DNA of 64,000 nucleotides from an uncultured delta proteobacterium (GCA_963804165.1 CAWDPO010000030.1:32001-96000), one strand, 5' to 3'. Positions 29,513 to 39,836 are shown, numbered from the stretch's first letter. Notes: a model not told the origin generated them from the letters alone. Program-made: numbers and translations.

Positions 29513-30106
29513 TTTCGTCTAGTAGTTTTCACGATCATCAACTGCGAGCGTGGCGTCAAATGGTTTTACGTATGCCAAAAGCTGCTGTAGAAAGATACTG
29601 GACGTTGCATGGATTGCTTGTTCGCCGTGCTTGGCTCGCTTCCGACATAAATAGCGGGCACCTCAGTTATTCGATCAACGACAAGTTTCTCAAAACCCTT
29701 AAATGTATTTTGGAGATGGGTTATCAAGTCGCGACCGGAAATGGACGGTGAACCTGTTGGAAGGTACGGCACATACATAACAGGACGGACGTGATAATGA
29801 CGAGATACGACCGATCAATGGAAATTCCGAACTGACCGTACTTCTGGCCATGAAACCCAAGACATTCATATGGAATATCGGCAAAACAGGTGATGGTAGG
29901 AATTAGAAATTCTCCTTTCACCATGTCAGCGTCCCAGTTGATTTCAATGCGGTGCTCGCCCCGTCCTTTGCGTGGGGCCAATAGGATATCCAACCGCCCG
30001 CAAGAATTTCCTTCAGGATTTTATAATTTTCTCGATGTTCGTCGGGGTGTCTGAAACCAACCGAATGGAAAAGCTCGTCAGATACATAATTGGTAACTTC
30101 CGTCAT
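29513..30106 (-). pseudogene. AbiGi-family-like protein, frameshifted and truncated at the RAYT inverted repeat
   Basis: YVSDELFHSVG, CFADIP..LGFH..KYGQFGI, VMYVP, YVKPFD..DDRENY, then the IR. Confidence 0.65.
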
Positions 30107-30296
30107 AAAATTCCCCAAGAAAAAAAGGCGCATGGTTAGCTAGCATTGTTAGTCGGCCGTCTAAACTCTTCCATGGGCATAACACATCTCCGGTTTTGTT
30201 TTTGCGTAAAACTGTCCGCCGGTCACATGAAACATGCAGCGCTCAAATCACGCCGCGACCGAAATTAAAATCTCACAATCGGTTAGTCGGCAGAGA

Positions 30297-30970
30297 TCAG
30301 CGGTAGCCCATCGCCGCTAAGAACTGTTTCAGGGAAGCAAATTTTAGGTAGGGATTGGTCTTTTTCTGTTCGCCGATCGTCGCGTGCTAAGCGGCGCGTA
30401 GTTGTGGCCAGGAAAGAGAATCGTGTCATCCGGCAGCGCCACCAGCTTCTGGGTCAGGCTGTAATACATCTGTTCGGCGTTGCCGCCGGGGAAATCTACT
30501 CGTCCGCAGGCATCGATAAACATCGTGTCGCCCGACACTACCCGCCCGTCGACGAGGAAACATTGCGAGCCCGGCGTGTGGCCGGGCGTGTGCATGAGCT
30601 CGATCTCGATACCGCCGACATCGACTTTGTCGCCGTTGTCGCTTTTGATCATGTCCGATGACGACAGCCCCTTAATGAACTCCGCTTCCGCTTTGTGCAC
30701 GACCACCTTGGCTTTACACTTTTCAAGCAGCTCCGTCACACCGTCGATCTCCATGCCGGAAAATCCGCCACCGACGTGATCGGGATGCGTGTGCGTCACG
30801 AACGCGTGCGTGATTTCCATCTCGTCCTGCTTCGCGATCTTGAGAATCGTATCGATTTCCCACGCGGCATCGACCACCGCAACTTTGCGGGTTTCGGTCG
30901 AACCGATCAGATAGACGTAATTCTGCATCGGCCCGATCTCGATCTGTTTGAAGTAAAGTCGGTTATCCAT
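30297..30970 (-). CDS. Glyoxalase II-like MBL-fold metallo-hydrolase, C-terminal frameshift
   Basis: THTHPDHVGG, HTPGHTPGS, SGDT, FPGHNY. Confidence 0.9.
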
Positions 30971-31002
30971 ATTTAAGTTCCCCGCACGCGACAGTTCTGA
31001 AT

Positions 31003-31135
31003 GTCATTCTGAGGCCCTTCGGCACGCTCAGGATAAACTCTGCCGAAGAATCTGCTTTCCCTCTTTGCCGCGAACCAATCCTGAAGAGGCGTCGACCGGA
31101 AACGAAGCAGATCCTTCGCTGGCGCTCAGGATGAC
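31003..31135. repeat. REP-like pair GTCATTCTGAG..GAAGAATCT / AGATCCTTCG..CTCAGGATGAC with nested CCTTCG..GCTCAGG unit
   Basis: Same family as 8636-8699. Confidence 0.8.
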
Positions 31136-31193
31136 ACCAGTGATTTGTAGCATTGCGATACAGTCCCGCGCGGAGAAAAAGATCAGAGGTTGC

Positions 31194-31634
31194 TCAGCGA
31201 ACCTTCGCTGATAGCGACTGATAGCTGACTCCGTCGCCGTTGTCGTCGCTCACCGGCAACCCCGAGCCTGCCCAGCCCGGCGCGACCACCGTGCCCATCG
31301 GATCGCGCATGCCGCCGAAGCCGCCAATCATGTTGGCAACATCCTGAAAGCCCGCCTGCTGCAGAAAACCGGCGGCGGCGTTGGAGCGAGGTCCGGCCTG
31401 GCAGCCGACGATAATCTTCTTCTCGTGCGGAAAATTCGCTTCCACGACTTTGACGAAATCCGCGTTCATCATCATGCCGCGCGCCGGATCGGGAAAAGCC
31501 ACGGGAATATTGACCGCGCCGGCCGGGTGGCCATTGGCAAACTCCCGCTCGGTGCGTACGTCAATGTAAACGACACTGGTGTCATTGGTGAGAATTTCGT
31601 GAGCCTGCTGCGGCGTGACTTCTTTGATAGCCAT
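31194..31634 (-). CDS. Rhodanese-like domain protein
   Basis: IDVRTEREF..GHP.GAVNIP, active-site GCQAGPRS. Confidence 0.9.
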   Translation of the reverse strand: MAIKEVTPQQAHEILTNDTSVVYIDVRTEREFANGHPAGAVNIPVAFPDPARGMMMNADFVKVVEANFPHEKKIIVGCQAGPRSNAAAGFLQQAGFQDVANMIGGFGGMRDPMGTVVAPGWAGSGLPVSDDNGDGVSYQSLSAKVR

Positions 31635-31644
31635 TTGACTCTCC

Positions 31645-31707
31645 GGTTCCGAGTTCCGGGTTCCGGGTTTCGGGTTAACTCGGAACTTTGAACTCGGAAC
31701 CCAAAAC
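31645..31707. repeat. GTTCCG/CGGAAC 7-nt-unit hairpin
   Basis: GGTTCCGAGTTCCGGGTTCCGGGTTTC ... CGGAACTTTGAACTCGGAACCC. Confidence 0.8.
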
Positions 31708-31723
31708 GGCGCGCTTCGCGCGC

Positions 31724-32494
31724 CTACATTCCCATAATATTGTATCCGGCATCGACATGCAGCACTTCGCCGGTGACGGCGCTGCCCCAGTCACTGCAAA
31801 GATAGAGCGCGGTTTTGCCGACTTCCTCCGCGTCGATGTTGCGTTTGAGCGGCGCGCGCTCGGCGACGTGATGCAGCATGGATTTAAAATCCGAGATTCC
31901 CGCGGCTGCTAGAGTTCGAAGCGGTCCCGCCGAGATGGCGTTGACGCGAATCCCTTTCGGACCGAGATCGTGCGCCAGGTAGCGCACGCTCGCCTCCAGT
32001 GCCGCCTTGGCGACGCCCATGACGTTGTAATTCGGAATGACTTTTTCCGAGCCCATATAGGTGAGTGTGAGGATCGATCCGTTGCGCCCTTCCATCAACG
32101 GCGCCGCCCGCTGCGCCAACGCGACGAGCGAATAAGCGCTGACGTCCATGGCGAGGTGAAAGCCCGCGCGGCTGGTTTGCGCATAGGGATTGGACAAGTC
32201 TTCTTTGTTGGCAAAGGCGATGGCGTGAATCAGGATATCGACGCCGTTCCATTCCTGCTTCAGGCTGGCAAAAACTTTTTCGATTTCTTCGTCTTTGGTG
32301 ACGTCGCAAGGCAAAATGATCTTCGAGCCGATCCCTTCCGCCAGCGGCCGCACGCGCTTTTCCAAAATTTCTCCGGCGTAAGTGAATGCCAGCTCCGCGC
32401 CCTCGGCGTGAAACGCCTCCGAGATCGCCCAGGCGATGCTGCGCTCGTTGGCCACGCCAAAGATCGCCGCTTTTTTCCCCTCCAATAATCCCAT
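31724..32494 (-). CDS. fabI: Enoyl-ACP reductase FabI
   Basis: GVANERSIAW, YNVMGVAKAALE, NAISAGP.RTLAA, HVDAG. Confidence 0.96.
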   Translation of the reverse strand: MGLLEGKKAAIFGVANERSIAWAISEAFHAEGAELAFTYAGEILEKRVRPLAEGIGSKIILPCDVTKDEEIEKVFASLKQEWNGVDILIHAIAFANKEDLSNPYAQTSRAGFHLAMDVSAYSLVALAQRAAPLMEGRNGSILTLTYMGSEKVIPNYNVMGVAKAALEASVRYLAHDLGPKGIRVNAISAGPLRTLAAAGISDFKSMLHHVAERAPLKRNIDAEEVGKTALYLCSDWGSAVTGEVLHVDAGYNIMGM

Positions 32495-32510
32495 AATCTC
32501 TCCCATACCC

Positions 32511-32650
32511 AATTTTCGATTTTAGATTTTAGATTAGTCAAAAAGAAACCCAGAAACTTGTTCAGATAGATAGCCGCTCGTGCATTTTGTTCCGTATCGA
32601 AAACCTGTCCTGAGCTAACGCCGAAGGATCGGCAATCGAAAATCTAAAAT
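32511..32650. repeat. GATTTTA/TAAAATC 7-nt-unit hairpin with nested CCTGAGC..CGAAGG unit
   Basis: TTTTCGATTTTAGATTTTAGATT ... AATCGAAAATCTAAAAT. Confidence 0.75.
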
Positions 32651-33710
32651 TATTTGATGATTCTACTCGCTCGCGCCAACACTTCGGGCGAAATCGTCAG
32701 GCCGATCTGCTTCGCCGTCTTGAGATTGATGACGAACTCGAACTTCTTGGGCCGTTCCACAGGTATGTCAGCGGGTTTTGTCCCCTTGAGAATCTGATCC
32801 ACGATCTCTGCGGCGCGACGGAACATCTCTAACCGATCCTCCGAGTAAACCATGAGTCCGCCTGCCTCGACATACCGAGTGTTGGGATACATCGCTGGCA
32901 GTCGACTGTTTGCGGCTAGCTCTAAAATCCGTTTTTGGTGAGCGGCGAAGAACCCACTGCCTCCGAGCTAGAAGCGCCCCAGCACGCTTTTTGGTCGCGG
33001 CTTGAAAGGCATCCTTTCGATGTCGTCACGCTCTTTCACCTCTAAGGATTGAATCCCTAACCCTAAAGACCGAGCCACAGTCTCTGTCTCTTTCATCGTC
33101 ATAGCCCGCGTCTGGATTGGTCGAACTCCAGAGATACCCGACCTGCGAGAGTTTGGGAATAATTTCCTTGAGCAGCTCAAGCCGTTTTCCGTTTAGTTCG
33201 GTGTTAATAGAGGTCAGCCCTGTGATGTTTCCACCAGGGTCGCGCGAGGCTCGCGATGATGCCACGCCTTTCGGCATCCGCGCCGAATGCCATCACAACG
33301 GGGATCGTCTTGATCACTGTTTTTAGCAACCTCCGCCGCTTCAGTCCCGGTGGTAACGATAACGTCGCAGCTGAGACGGACTAGCTCGGCGGCGAGGTCT
33401 GGAAGACCGATCAACCTTCCCCTCCGAGAACCGGTACTCGATTATGAGGTTCTGCTCCTCGACGTAACCGATCTCGCGTAAACGTTCACGAAATGGCTTC
33501 ACGAAAATTGGCTGTAAGTAGAAGCGTTGCTCGCTCCAGATAACATATCCGCGCGACTTTCTTTCGGCTGCTGCGCGTCGGCCACGGCACCCGCACAGTA
33601 TGAAGAAAACAGCGAAGGCGGCGAGGCCCGCCGATTTTAGATTTTCGATTTTGGATTTTAGATTGCCGGAAATGGAATGCAGCCATGGCGACGAATACCT
33701 TTATCTTCAT
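32650..33710 (-). CDS. ABC_sub_bind-family substrate-binding protein, multiply frameshifted (errors or pseudogene)
   Basis: LAAELVRL..DVIVT, PGGNITGL, KRLELLKE, ILKGTKPADIPVERP.KFEFVINLKTAK. Confidence 0.85.
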
Positions 33711-33773
33711 GCTCTTTCCCCTTAATCGAAAACTTGTGAAAGCCGAAGGATTGGCAATCTAAAATCTAAAATT
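33633..33773. repeat. GATTTT/AAAATC hairpin straddling the start of the binding-protein gene
   Basis: GATTTTAGATTTTCGATTTTGGATTTTAGATTGCC ... GGCAATCTAAAATCTAAAAT. Confidence 0.8.
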
Positions 33774-33774
33774 C

Positions 33775-34382
33775 TTAGCTTCTGCCTCGCTTCACTGCGA
33801 GTCCGCGTTGCCAGAGATATTCTTGCTCGCCGGTTTGTTTGGCAATCCAGCGGAGAGAACGAAAAACAGATCGCTCAACCGGTTGACGTATTTGATCAGC
33901 GTCGGATTGACTTCCTCGCGCGCGATAGCCGGAATATTTCCCTCTCCGCGCGCCGGCACACCGTGCGGCACTGGTGCAGATAGGCGCCGATGCGCCCGCC
34001 GCCCGGCAAGATGAAAGACTTAAGCGGTTCGAGATCTTTCTGACACTGGTCGATCAGCTTCTCGAGCCGATTGATCTCATCGTCGCCCACTCGGTACATG
34101 CCCTCTGTGAAAAATTCCGGCGGCGTGGCCAGCTCGCTGCCGAGATCGAATAGCTCGTCTTGAATTTGGCACAGCACTTCGTCCAAAAACTGATGCGCTT
34201 CGCCAGCGTCGAGACTCTCTTCATTGAAGACCCGCGCCAGTCCGACAATGGAGTTTAATTCATCGATCGTCGCCGTAGGCGTCGATTCGCAGCGAATCTT
34301 TGGGCACTCTCTTGCCGCCGACCAGAGCGGTTTCGCCCCTGTCGCCCGTGCGCGTGTAAACTTTGGTGATGCGAACCGCCAT
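33775..34382 (-). CDS. pduO: PduO/YvqK-type ATP:cob(I)alamin adenosyltransferase, frameshifted
   Basis: [42 protein letters not shown]. Confidence 0.9.
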
Positions 34383-34402
34383 GACTTCACAACCGCGACG
34401 TT

Positions 34403-34538
34403 TAGTAGGACGTTGAAAGACTCTCTCGGAATCCTTCGACACGCTCAGGATGAACGGAGATGGGATTGAAATCGCTGAAAAACTTCCGTGCATGCTGAGC
34501 TTGTCGAAGCATTCTTTGCCTTCTTCAGCACCCTGCTA
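34403..34538. mobile_element. MITE with imperfect TAGYAGG..GYTGAA ends and an internal CTTCGAC..GCTCAG REP pair
   Basis: TAGTAGGACGTTGAA ... TTCAGCACCCTGCTA; second copy at 24693-24808. Confidence 0.65.
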
Positions 34539-34582
34539 GAATGCAGGATTTAGGAGCCGGATGCTACTCTTGTTGATCCGGT

Positions 34583-35950
34583 TTATTTCTGCGACCGGCT
34601 ACGCCATAGCAAATAAGCTGGGATGCCCAAGCACAAGATGAAAAGTCCGATCAGCGATTCCTTTGGCTTTTCCGTCACCGAGCCCCAAACGATCCATAGA
34701 TGAATGAGCACGAACAGCACTGGCACGATCGGATAACCCCACACCCGATAGGGACGCTTGAGCTCCGGACGTTTCAAACGCAGAACGATCACCGAGCCAA
34801 CGTGAAAGCCGAGAAAAGCGTGATCGCCACGCTGACATAAGTAAACAAGGTGCCCCAAGTGTTGGTGAGAATCAGCAAACAGCTCCAAAGCGCCTGAAGC
34901 AAGATGGCCTTGGTTGGCGTGCCAAATTTCGGGATGAACGTAGGTGAGGCGCTGAAAAAAGACTCCATCCTTCGCCATCGCGTAGTAAATTCGCGGCCCG
35001 ATCATCGTCACTACGTTGAGCGCGCCGAGAATCGATACGGTAATGATCGCGGTAATCCAAGCCGAGGTCTTGAGGCCGAACAGCGCCGTGGTCGCGACTT
35101 CCGACATGCGCAGCGCGCCCTTCATCTCCGTCACCGGCACCGCATAAATATAAACCGCGTTAATCGCCAGATAGAGCGCGGTCACGATCAGCACGCCGTA
35201 CATCAGCGCGCGCGGCAGATTCTCTTCGGGGTCTTTCACTTCACCGGCAATGTAGATGACCGCATTCCATCCCGAGTAGGCGAAGATCACCGGTATAAAA
35301 GCCGCTCCAAACAGACTGGAGTTGCCGATCTTTTCCCAGTCGAAAAGCGGCTCAAAGTGACTCGTGTTGCCGTTGCCGAAAATCACGCCGAAGACAATGA
35401 TGCCCAATAGCGCGCCGATCTTCAGTATCGTCAAAATATTCTGCGTCAAAGTCCCCTGCCTGACACCCAGGCAGTGAAGTCCCGACAAAAGCAACACCAC
35501 CGCCATGGAAAAGAGTGTGCCCACCGTGGCGCTGATGGGAATCCACGGTAGCGGAATGGAGAAGATCACATCTTGCGAGCCGAGGAACGGAAAGAAAAAC
35601 GACACAAAGCCATTCAATATCACGGCAAGGAAAGCGATCGCGCCGGAGAAGGTGACGAGAAACGAAGACCAACCGGACAAGAAACCCATCAGCTTGCCAT
35701 AGGCTTCGCGGATGTAGATGTAGTCACCGCCGGCGTAGGGCATGCTCGCAGACAATTCAGCGCAAGTGAGAGCACCGGCAAGGGCGAGCAGTCCGCCAAA
35801 AAGCCACACGAGCAATACGCCGCCGGGGGTCGGCAGGGTCTCCGCAATCGCCCCGGTAGAGATGAAAATCCCTGTGCCGATCATATCGCCGGCAATCAAC
35901 ATGACCGCTGAAAACAAGCCGATTTGCCGTTTGAGTTCAGTTTGCGCCAT
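34583..35950 (-). CDS. APC-family amino acid permease (compensating frameshifts near 34800-34920)
   Basis: LKRQIG, MIGTGIF, AELSASMPYAGGDY, FAYSGWN, RPYRVWGYP. Confidence 0.92.
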   Translation of the reverse strand: MAQTELKRQIGLFSAVMLIAGDMIGTGIFISTGAIAETLPTPGGVLLVWLFGGLLALAGALTCAELSASMPYAGGDYIYIREAYGKLMGFLSGWSSFLVTFSGAIAFLAVILNGFVSFFFPFLGSQDVIFSIPLPWIPISATVGTLFSMAVVLLLSGLHCLGVRQGTLTQNILTILKIGALLGIIVFGVIFGNGNTSHFEPLFDWEKIGNSSLFGAAFIPVIFAYSGWNAVIYIAGEVKDPEENLPRALMYGVLIVTALYLAINAVYIYAVPVTEMKGALRMSEVATTALFGLKTSAWITAIITVSILGALNVVTMIGPRIYYAMAKDGVFFQRLTYVHPEIWHANQGHLASGALELFADSHQHLGHLVYLCQRGDHAFLGFHVGSVIVLRLKRPELKRPYRVWGYPIVPVLFVLIHLWIVWGSVTEKPKESLIGLFILCLGIPAYLLWRSRSQK

Positions 35951-36094
35951 AGCGCCGAACATTACAGGGAAATGTTTAGGCAGGCAACTAATTTGCGCGC
36001 CAGACAGCTTTCCAGAGCAATTGGAACTGGCAAAAAATAATGTAGGTAGCTTTTCGCGAACTGACTGAAAGTAGCCTCTAAGGAGAATCGTCCA

Positions 36095-36769
36095 ATGATA
36101 CTCGTATCCTTTGCTCGTCGCCGTGATTCTTATGCTCCCGCTACTCGTCGCGGCCAGGATGCCGTCAAACGCGATGAACATCAGATGCATGGGCTGCACA
36201 ACGATCCGAAGTCTTACATCGGCGCGCTGGAAGATCCCAAGCGCGACGCCTACCAAAAGCCGCACGAAGTTCTGACGGCGTTGAATCTCAAACCGGGCGA
36301 AGTCATCGCCGACATCGGCGCCGGCTCCGGCTACTTCACGTTCCGTCTTGCGCACCACGTCGGCGCCAAAGGAAAAATCTACGCCGTCGATGTGAGCCCC
36401 GACATGATCCGGCACATCAACCGGCGGCATCCGCGAGACTGAAAACAACGAATGTCGTCTCGATCCTCGCCGATCCCGACGATCCACTGCTGCCGGAGCA
36501 ATCGGTCAACCGCTTTTTCTTCAGCAACTCCTGGCACCACATTGAGAACCAGACGAAATATCTTTCGACTGATGAAAAAAATGCTCAAGCCCAAGGGGGA
36601 AGTGGTCATGATCGACTTTCACAAAAAAGAGATGCAGGTCGGCCCGCCGCTGAAAACGAAAATCGCCAGAGAAGATTTAATCAAGCAAATGGAAACGAAC
36701 GGTTTTCGGCTCACCAAAGAACACACGTTTCTGCCCTACCAGTATTTCCTAGTGTTTGCGCCCAAGTGA
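36095..36769 (+). CDS. Class I SAM-dependent methyltransferase with signal-peptide-like N-terminus, frameshifted
   Basis: RDAYQKP, IADIGAGSGYFT, YAVDV, LPYQYFLVF. Confidence 0.85.
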
Positions 36770-36838
36770 AACGTCGGTAATGACTCATCTTGGTCGACCA
36801 TTTGTGCAGAGGCTTTTCAGCAAAAGTCGCAGTAAAAC

Positions 36839-36893
36839 AGATTCTTCGCTGTGCTCAGAATGACGTTCGAGGGGGAGTTGTCATCCTGAACGA
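36839..36893. repeat. REP pair (AGATTCTTCG..GCTCAGAATGAC and GTCATCCTGAACGA), second unit cut by a MITE
   Basis: Near-duplicate of 38342-38390 on the other side of the IS. Confidence 0.8.
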
Positions 36894-37024
36894 CAGACTG
36901 TGTGAAAACTCTATCGGAGCCCTTCGACTAGGCTCAGGGCGAACGGATAAGTACTTTATTTCTAATAAACGCCACCGTTCGTGGTGAGCGAGTCGAACCA
37001 TGAACTGTGTTTTCACACAGTCTG
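36894..37024. mobile_element. 131-bp MITE with perfect 16-bp TIRs CAGACTGTGTGAAAAC
   Basis: 36894-36909 versus GTTTTCACACAGTCTG at 37009-37024; internal CCTTCGAC..GCTCAGG..CGAACGG hairpin. Confidence 0.85.
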
Positions 37025-37030
37025 GGCTCA

Positions 37031-37236
37031 TCTATGAAAGCTTTGTCAAGGTATCTGTTAGTCACATATTGTTTTTTCTTCTCATGGTTTCGAATACACC
37101 AGTACTTATCGTCCGTGGCAAAGCGTACCGGATGTTATAGGACTCATCTATTCGCGGTCTAAAGCGGCAGAGAAAAATGCCACAGGGCTGTCGCAATCAG
37201 AATTCGGGTCGCAGTGGACAGATGAGCCGCGCGCGC
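37031..37236 (-). ncRNA. Candidate bridge RNA / seekRNA in the 3' non-coding end
   Basis: Contains GGCTCA and ATTCTGA (both target strands) and ATAGATGA (donor end plus core). Confidence 0.65.
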
Positions 37237-38274
37237 TTAGCCCTGCGTGGACGACATCGGTTCGCGATAGCTTTCTCCTTTTTTCAACATGAAGAAACTA
37301 GCCTCGGCGAAGTGTCGAGCCACGGCCACAATCGCTTTGAGGTGCCCTCGTCTGGCTTTGACATTTTCATACAGCCGGGCAACGTGTCGGTACTGGCAGC
37401 GCTCGCGGTTGAGCACCGCGCTATTGGAGGCTTCGGTAAAGGCCCACTTCAGATAAAGATTCACATCCTTTCTCACCCGCGCGTAGCGCACCTTGACGAC
37501 ACTGGAGTTCTGCCAAGGTATCAGCTCGGCGTAACTCGCCAGCTGCTGGCTCGCCCAGAGCGCTAGATCGTAAAGATCTCAGCGCAGATCACCACCGCGA
37601 AAATCTCACCCACCCTGGCCCCTCTGCAAATAAGTCGTCTCGGCACAGGGAGCAAAGGCTTGGCGCATTTGGCCTTCAATGGTCTTGAGATTGGCCTGCA
37701 CATGGTCGAGCTCGTCGAGCATCAATCGCAGCGCTTGTTGGGTGTGCGGTGGCAGCTTGGAGCAAAGCTCTTCGATGATCTGTCGGCCCCGCTTGCCAAA
37801 GGCGTCGCTGACGCCGTCGACCTTGAGCCCGTACTTCTCCAGAGTGGCGTGAATACGGTTCTTGAACTGGGTTCTCTGCTTGCTGAGCACCATGCGGGTG
37901 CGCGGCAGCTCGCGGCCATCACGAACCGCAGACGGCGCAATCCACACCGTCGGCAGGGTTCCGACTCTCTGCAAACGATTCATTCCTTTCGCATCGAGCT
38001 TGTCGCTCTTGTTCACGCTGCCGATCATCAGCTTGGCCAGTCGTGCGTTGACCAGTTGCGGCGATCCTTTCCCCGCCTCGATCTCATCGACTACCCAGTA
38101 CCAGTTGCCCACGGTCTCAACCGCCACCGGGGTTCCCGGAATCCACTTGTTGGTGAAGTTCTTAATCGTTCCTCGACTATGCGCCAGTTTACACTCAAAG
38201 AACTTCTGGCCTTGGTCATTTTCTACCCGCGCCCAGGTGTAATGCTTATGAACATCCAATGCGACGTATTCCAT
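37237..38274 (-). pseudogene. IS110 DEDD transposase/recombinase, disrupted near 37560-37610
   Basis: ALDVHK, AVETVG, KSDKLDA, LASYA, YLKWAFTEA, KAIVAVARH; frameshift plus TAG in the PGVG region. Confidence 0.88.
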
Positions 38275-38424
38275 TTGCGATTTCCTCCTCCAGCCGTCAG
38301 TCTATCTACCGACGCTGAGGATTTCATCGCTTTCATATTAATCAGAATGACGCTCGACGGAGTTGTCATCCTGAACGAAGTGAAGGATCTGCTTTCAATT
38401 TCAAATTGAGTGGCTATCGAATCG

Positions 38425-39514
38425 TCACAAATTGTAGAAGTTCATGGCGTTGCCGCTCAGGATGGCGTCCTTGTCGTGGTCGGACAAGTCCGGATGGTCG
38501 ATCAGCTCATTTAGCTCATGCACGGCAGGTCTCGCTGTTAACCTCGTGGGGAAAATCCGAAGAGTACATGAACGGCTCGGCGCCGACCATTTTAACGGCG
38601 GTGGCAAGAAGCGGTTCCCCGCCCTCGCAGCCGACGAAAATTCGCCGCGCCTTAACATGCCGGACGATGTAGTCGCTGACTTTCTCGCCTGGCTGAAGTT
38701 TTAGATAGCTGCCCCTCAGATCGCGCATCACGTGTGACTGGTAGGAGCTGTCGAACCGTTCCAGGCAGAACAAGAACCACGCGACGCCGCCTTCGAGAAA
38801 ACCGAACTTAACCTTCGGATATCTTTCCAGCACGCCGCTAAAAACAATCGACGCCAGCGAAATCATCTGACCGAGCGGATGCCCGATCGCATGCACGGCC
38901 GCGTATGGATCGAGCCCGTCCATACCCATGCCACCGTGCACTCCCCCGTGGATGGCGACACAACAACCCAAATCATTCGCCGCCTCGTAAATGGGAAAGT
39001 AAGTCGGTGTGCCGAGCGGAGGCGCGTGCAAACTGTTCGACGGGATCACCGCGCCGCACATGCCGAGCTCAGTTACTGCCCGGCGCAATTCTTGCGCAGC
39101 GGCTTGCGGATTCAAAATAGGCTGCGGCAACAATGCCAACCCGCGAAAGCGCGGGCTGTATCGGAAATAAGTTTCGCAAAGCCAGTCGTTATATGCGCGC
39201 GCGGCATCGATGGCCCAATCCGGATTGACGATGTTCGACGAACCCACGCCGGACGTTGGGTAAAGCACCGTGCTTTCGAGACCCACCTCGTCCAAAAACG
39301 TCAGCCACTCCTTCGGCCCCACGTGTCGATTAAAAGCGCCCGCGGGCATGTCGACAAGATGAGCCGCGTGCAAGTGATCGAAGGGGGGAAACGGATTGAA
39401 AGGCTGCAAGCGCGCCTTTTCACGATACGCGTCTGGCATATGCGCGATGATCGCCGGCGCATCCTCGGCGACGTGGCCGTCGGCGTCGATGATTCTTCGA
39501 TTTTCTAGAGGCAT
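38425..39514 (-). CDS. Amidohydrolase-2 family protein, frameshift near 38520
   Basis: IIDADGH, ARAYNDWL, IHGG, LEGGVAW, SSDFPH, ILSGNA..FY. Confidence 0.9.
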
Positions 39515-39648
39515 AGGCAAAGCTCCTCTCTGATCGAATGAAATAACAAATCCGCTCGTGGGAGAACAAGGTCAATTTACGAGAGTTGTAAGGTCCGCGT
39601 TTTCCGTGTCATAGGTTCGCTAAATATTTCCACGCCGCCACCTCCCGC

Positions 39649-39740
39649 AAATCTCCCCTATCCCCTCTTTTCCAAAGAGGGGGATTCTTGAGCTGTGATC
39701 ATCGAAGAGACGCATTTAAAATATCCCCCTTGGGAAAAGG
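39649..39740. repeat. AAATCCCCC/GGGGGATTT REP-like element, split by IS1182 (remainder at 41730-41748)
   Basis: AAATCTCCCCTATCCCCTCTTTTCCAAAGAGGGG ... CCCCCTTGGGAAAAGG | AGGGGGACAAGGGGGATTT. Confidence 0.75.
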
Positions 39741-39836
39741 GAAGGTGTGAAAAAATTGCTGCAAAAAATTGGTGACATAGCTATATGACTAGTGATATGC
39801 TCGCCTCCGTCGGCTTCAATGAGGGAGGCGCTTTGC

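Larger units (their letters stand above)
37028..38344 (-). mobile_element. IS110-family, IS1111-type insertion sequence inserted in a REP
   Basis: TCA core at both ends; sub-terminal IR TATGAAAGC (37033-41 / 38329-37); long 3' non-coding end. Confidence 0.88.

Noticed and set aside
25840-30300. Prophage or integrative element
   Set aside because: No integrase, structural genes, tRNA or att repeats seen
37560-37610. Stop-codon readthrough in the IS110 transposase
   Set aside because: The TAG sits among several substitutions and an indel, consistent with decay or poor sequence quality
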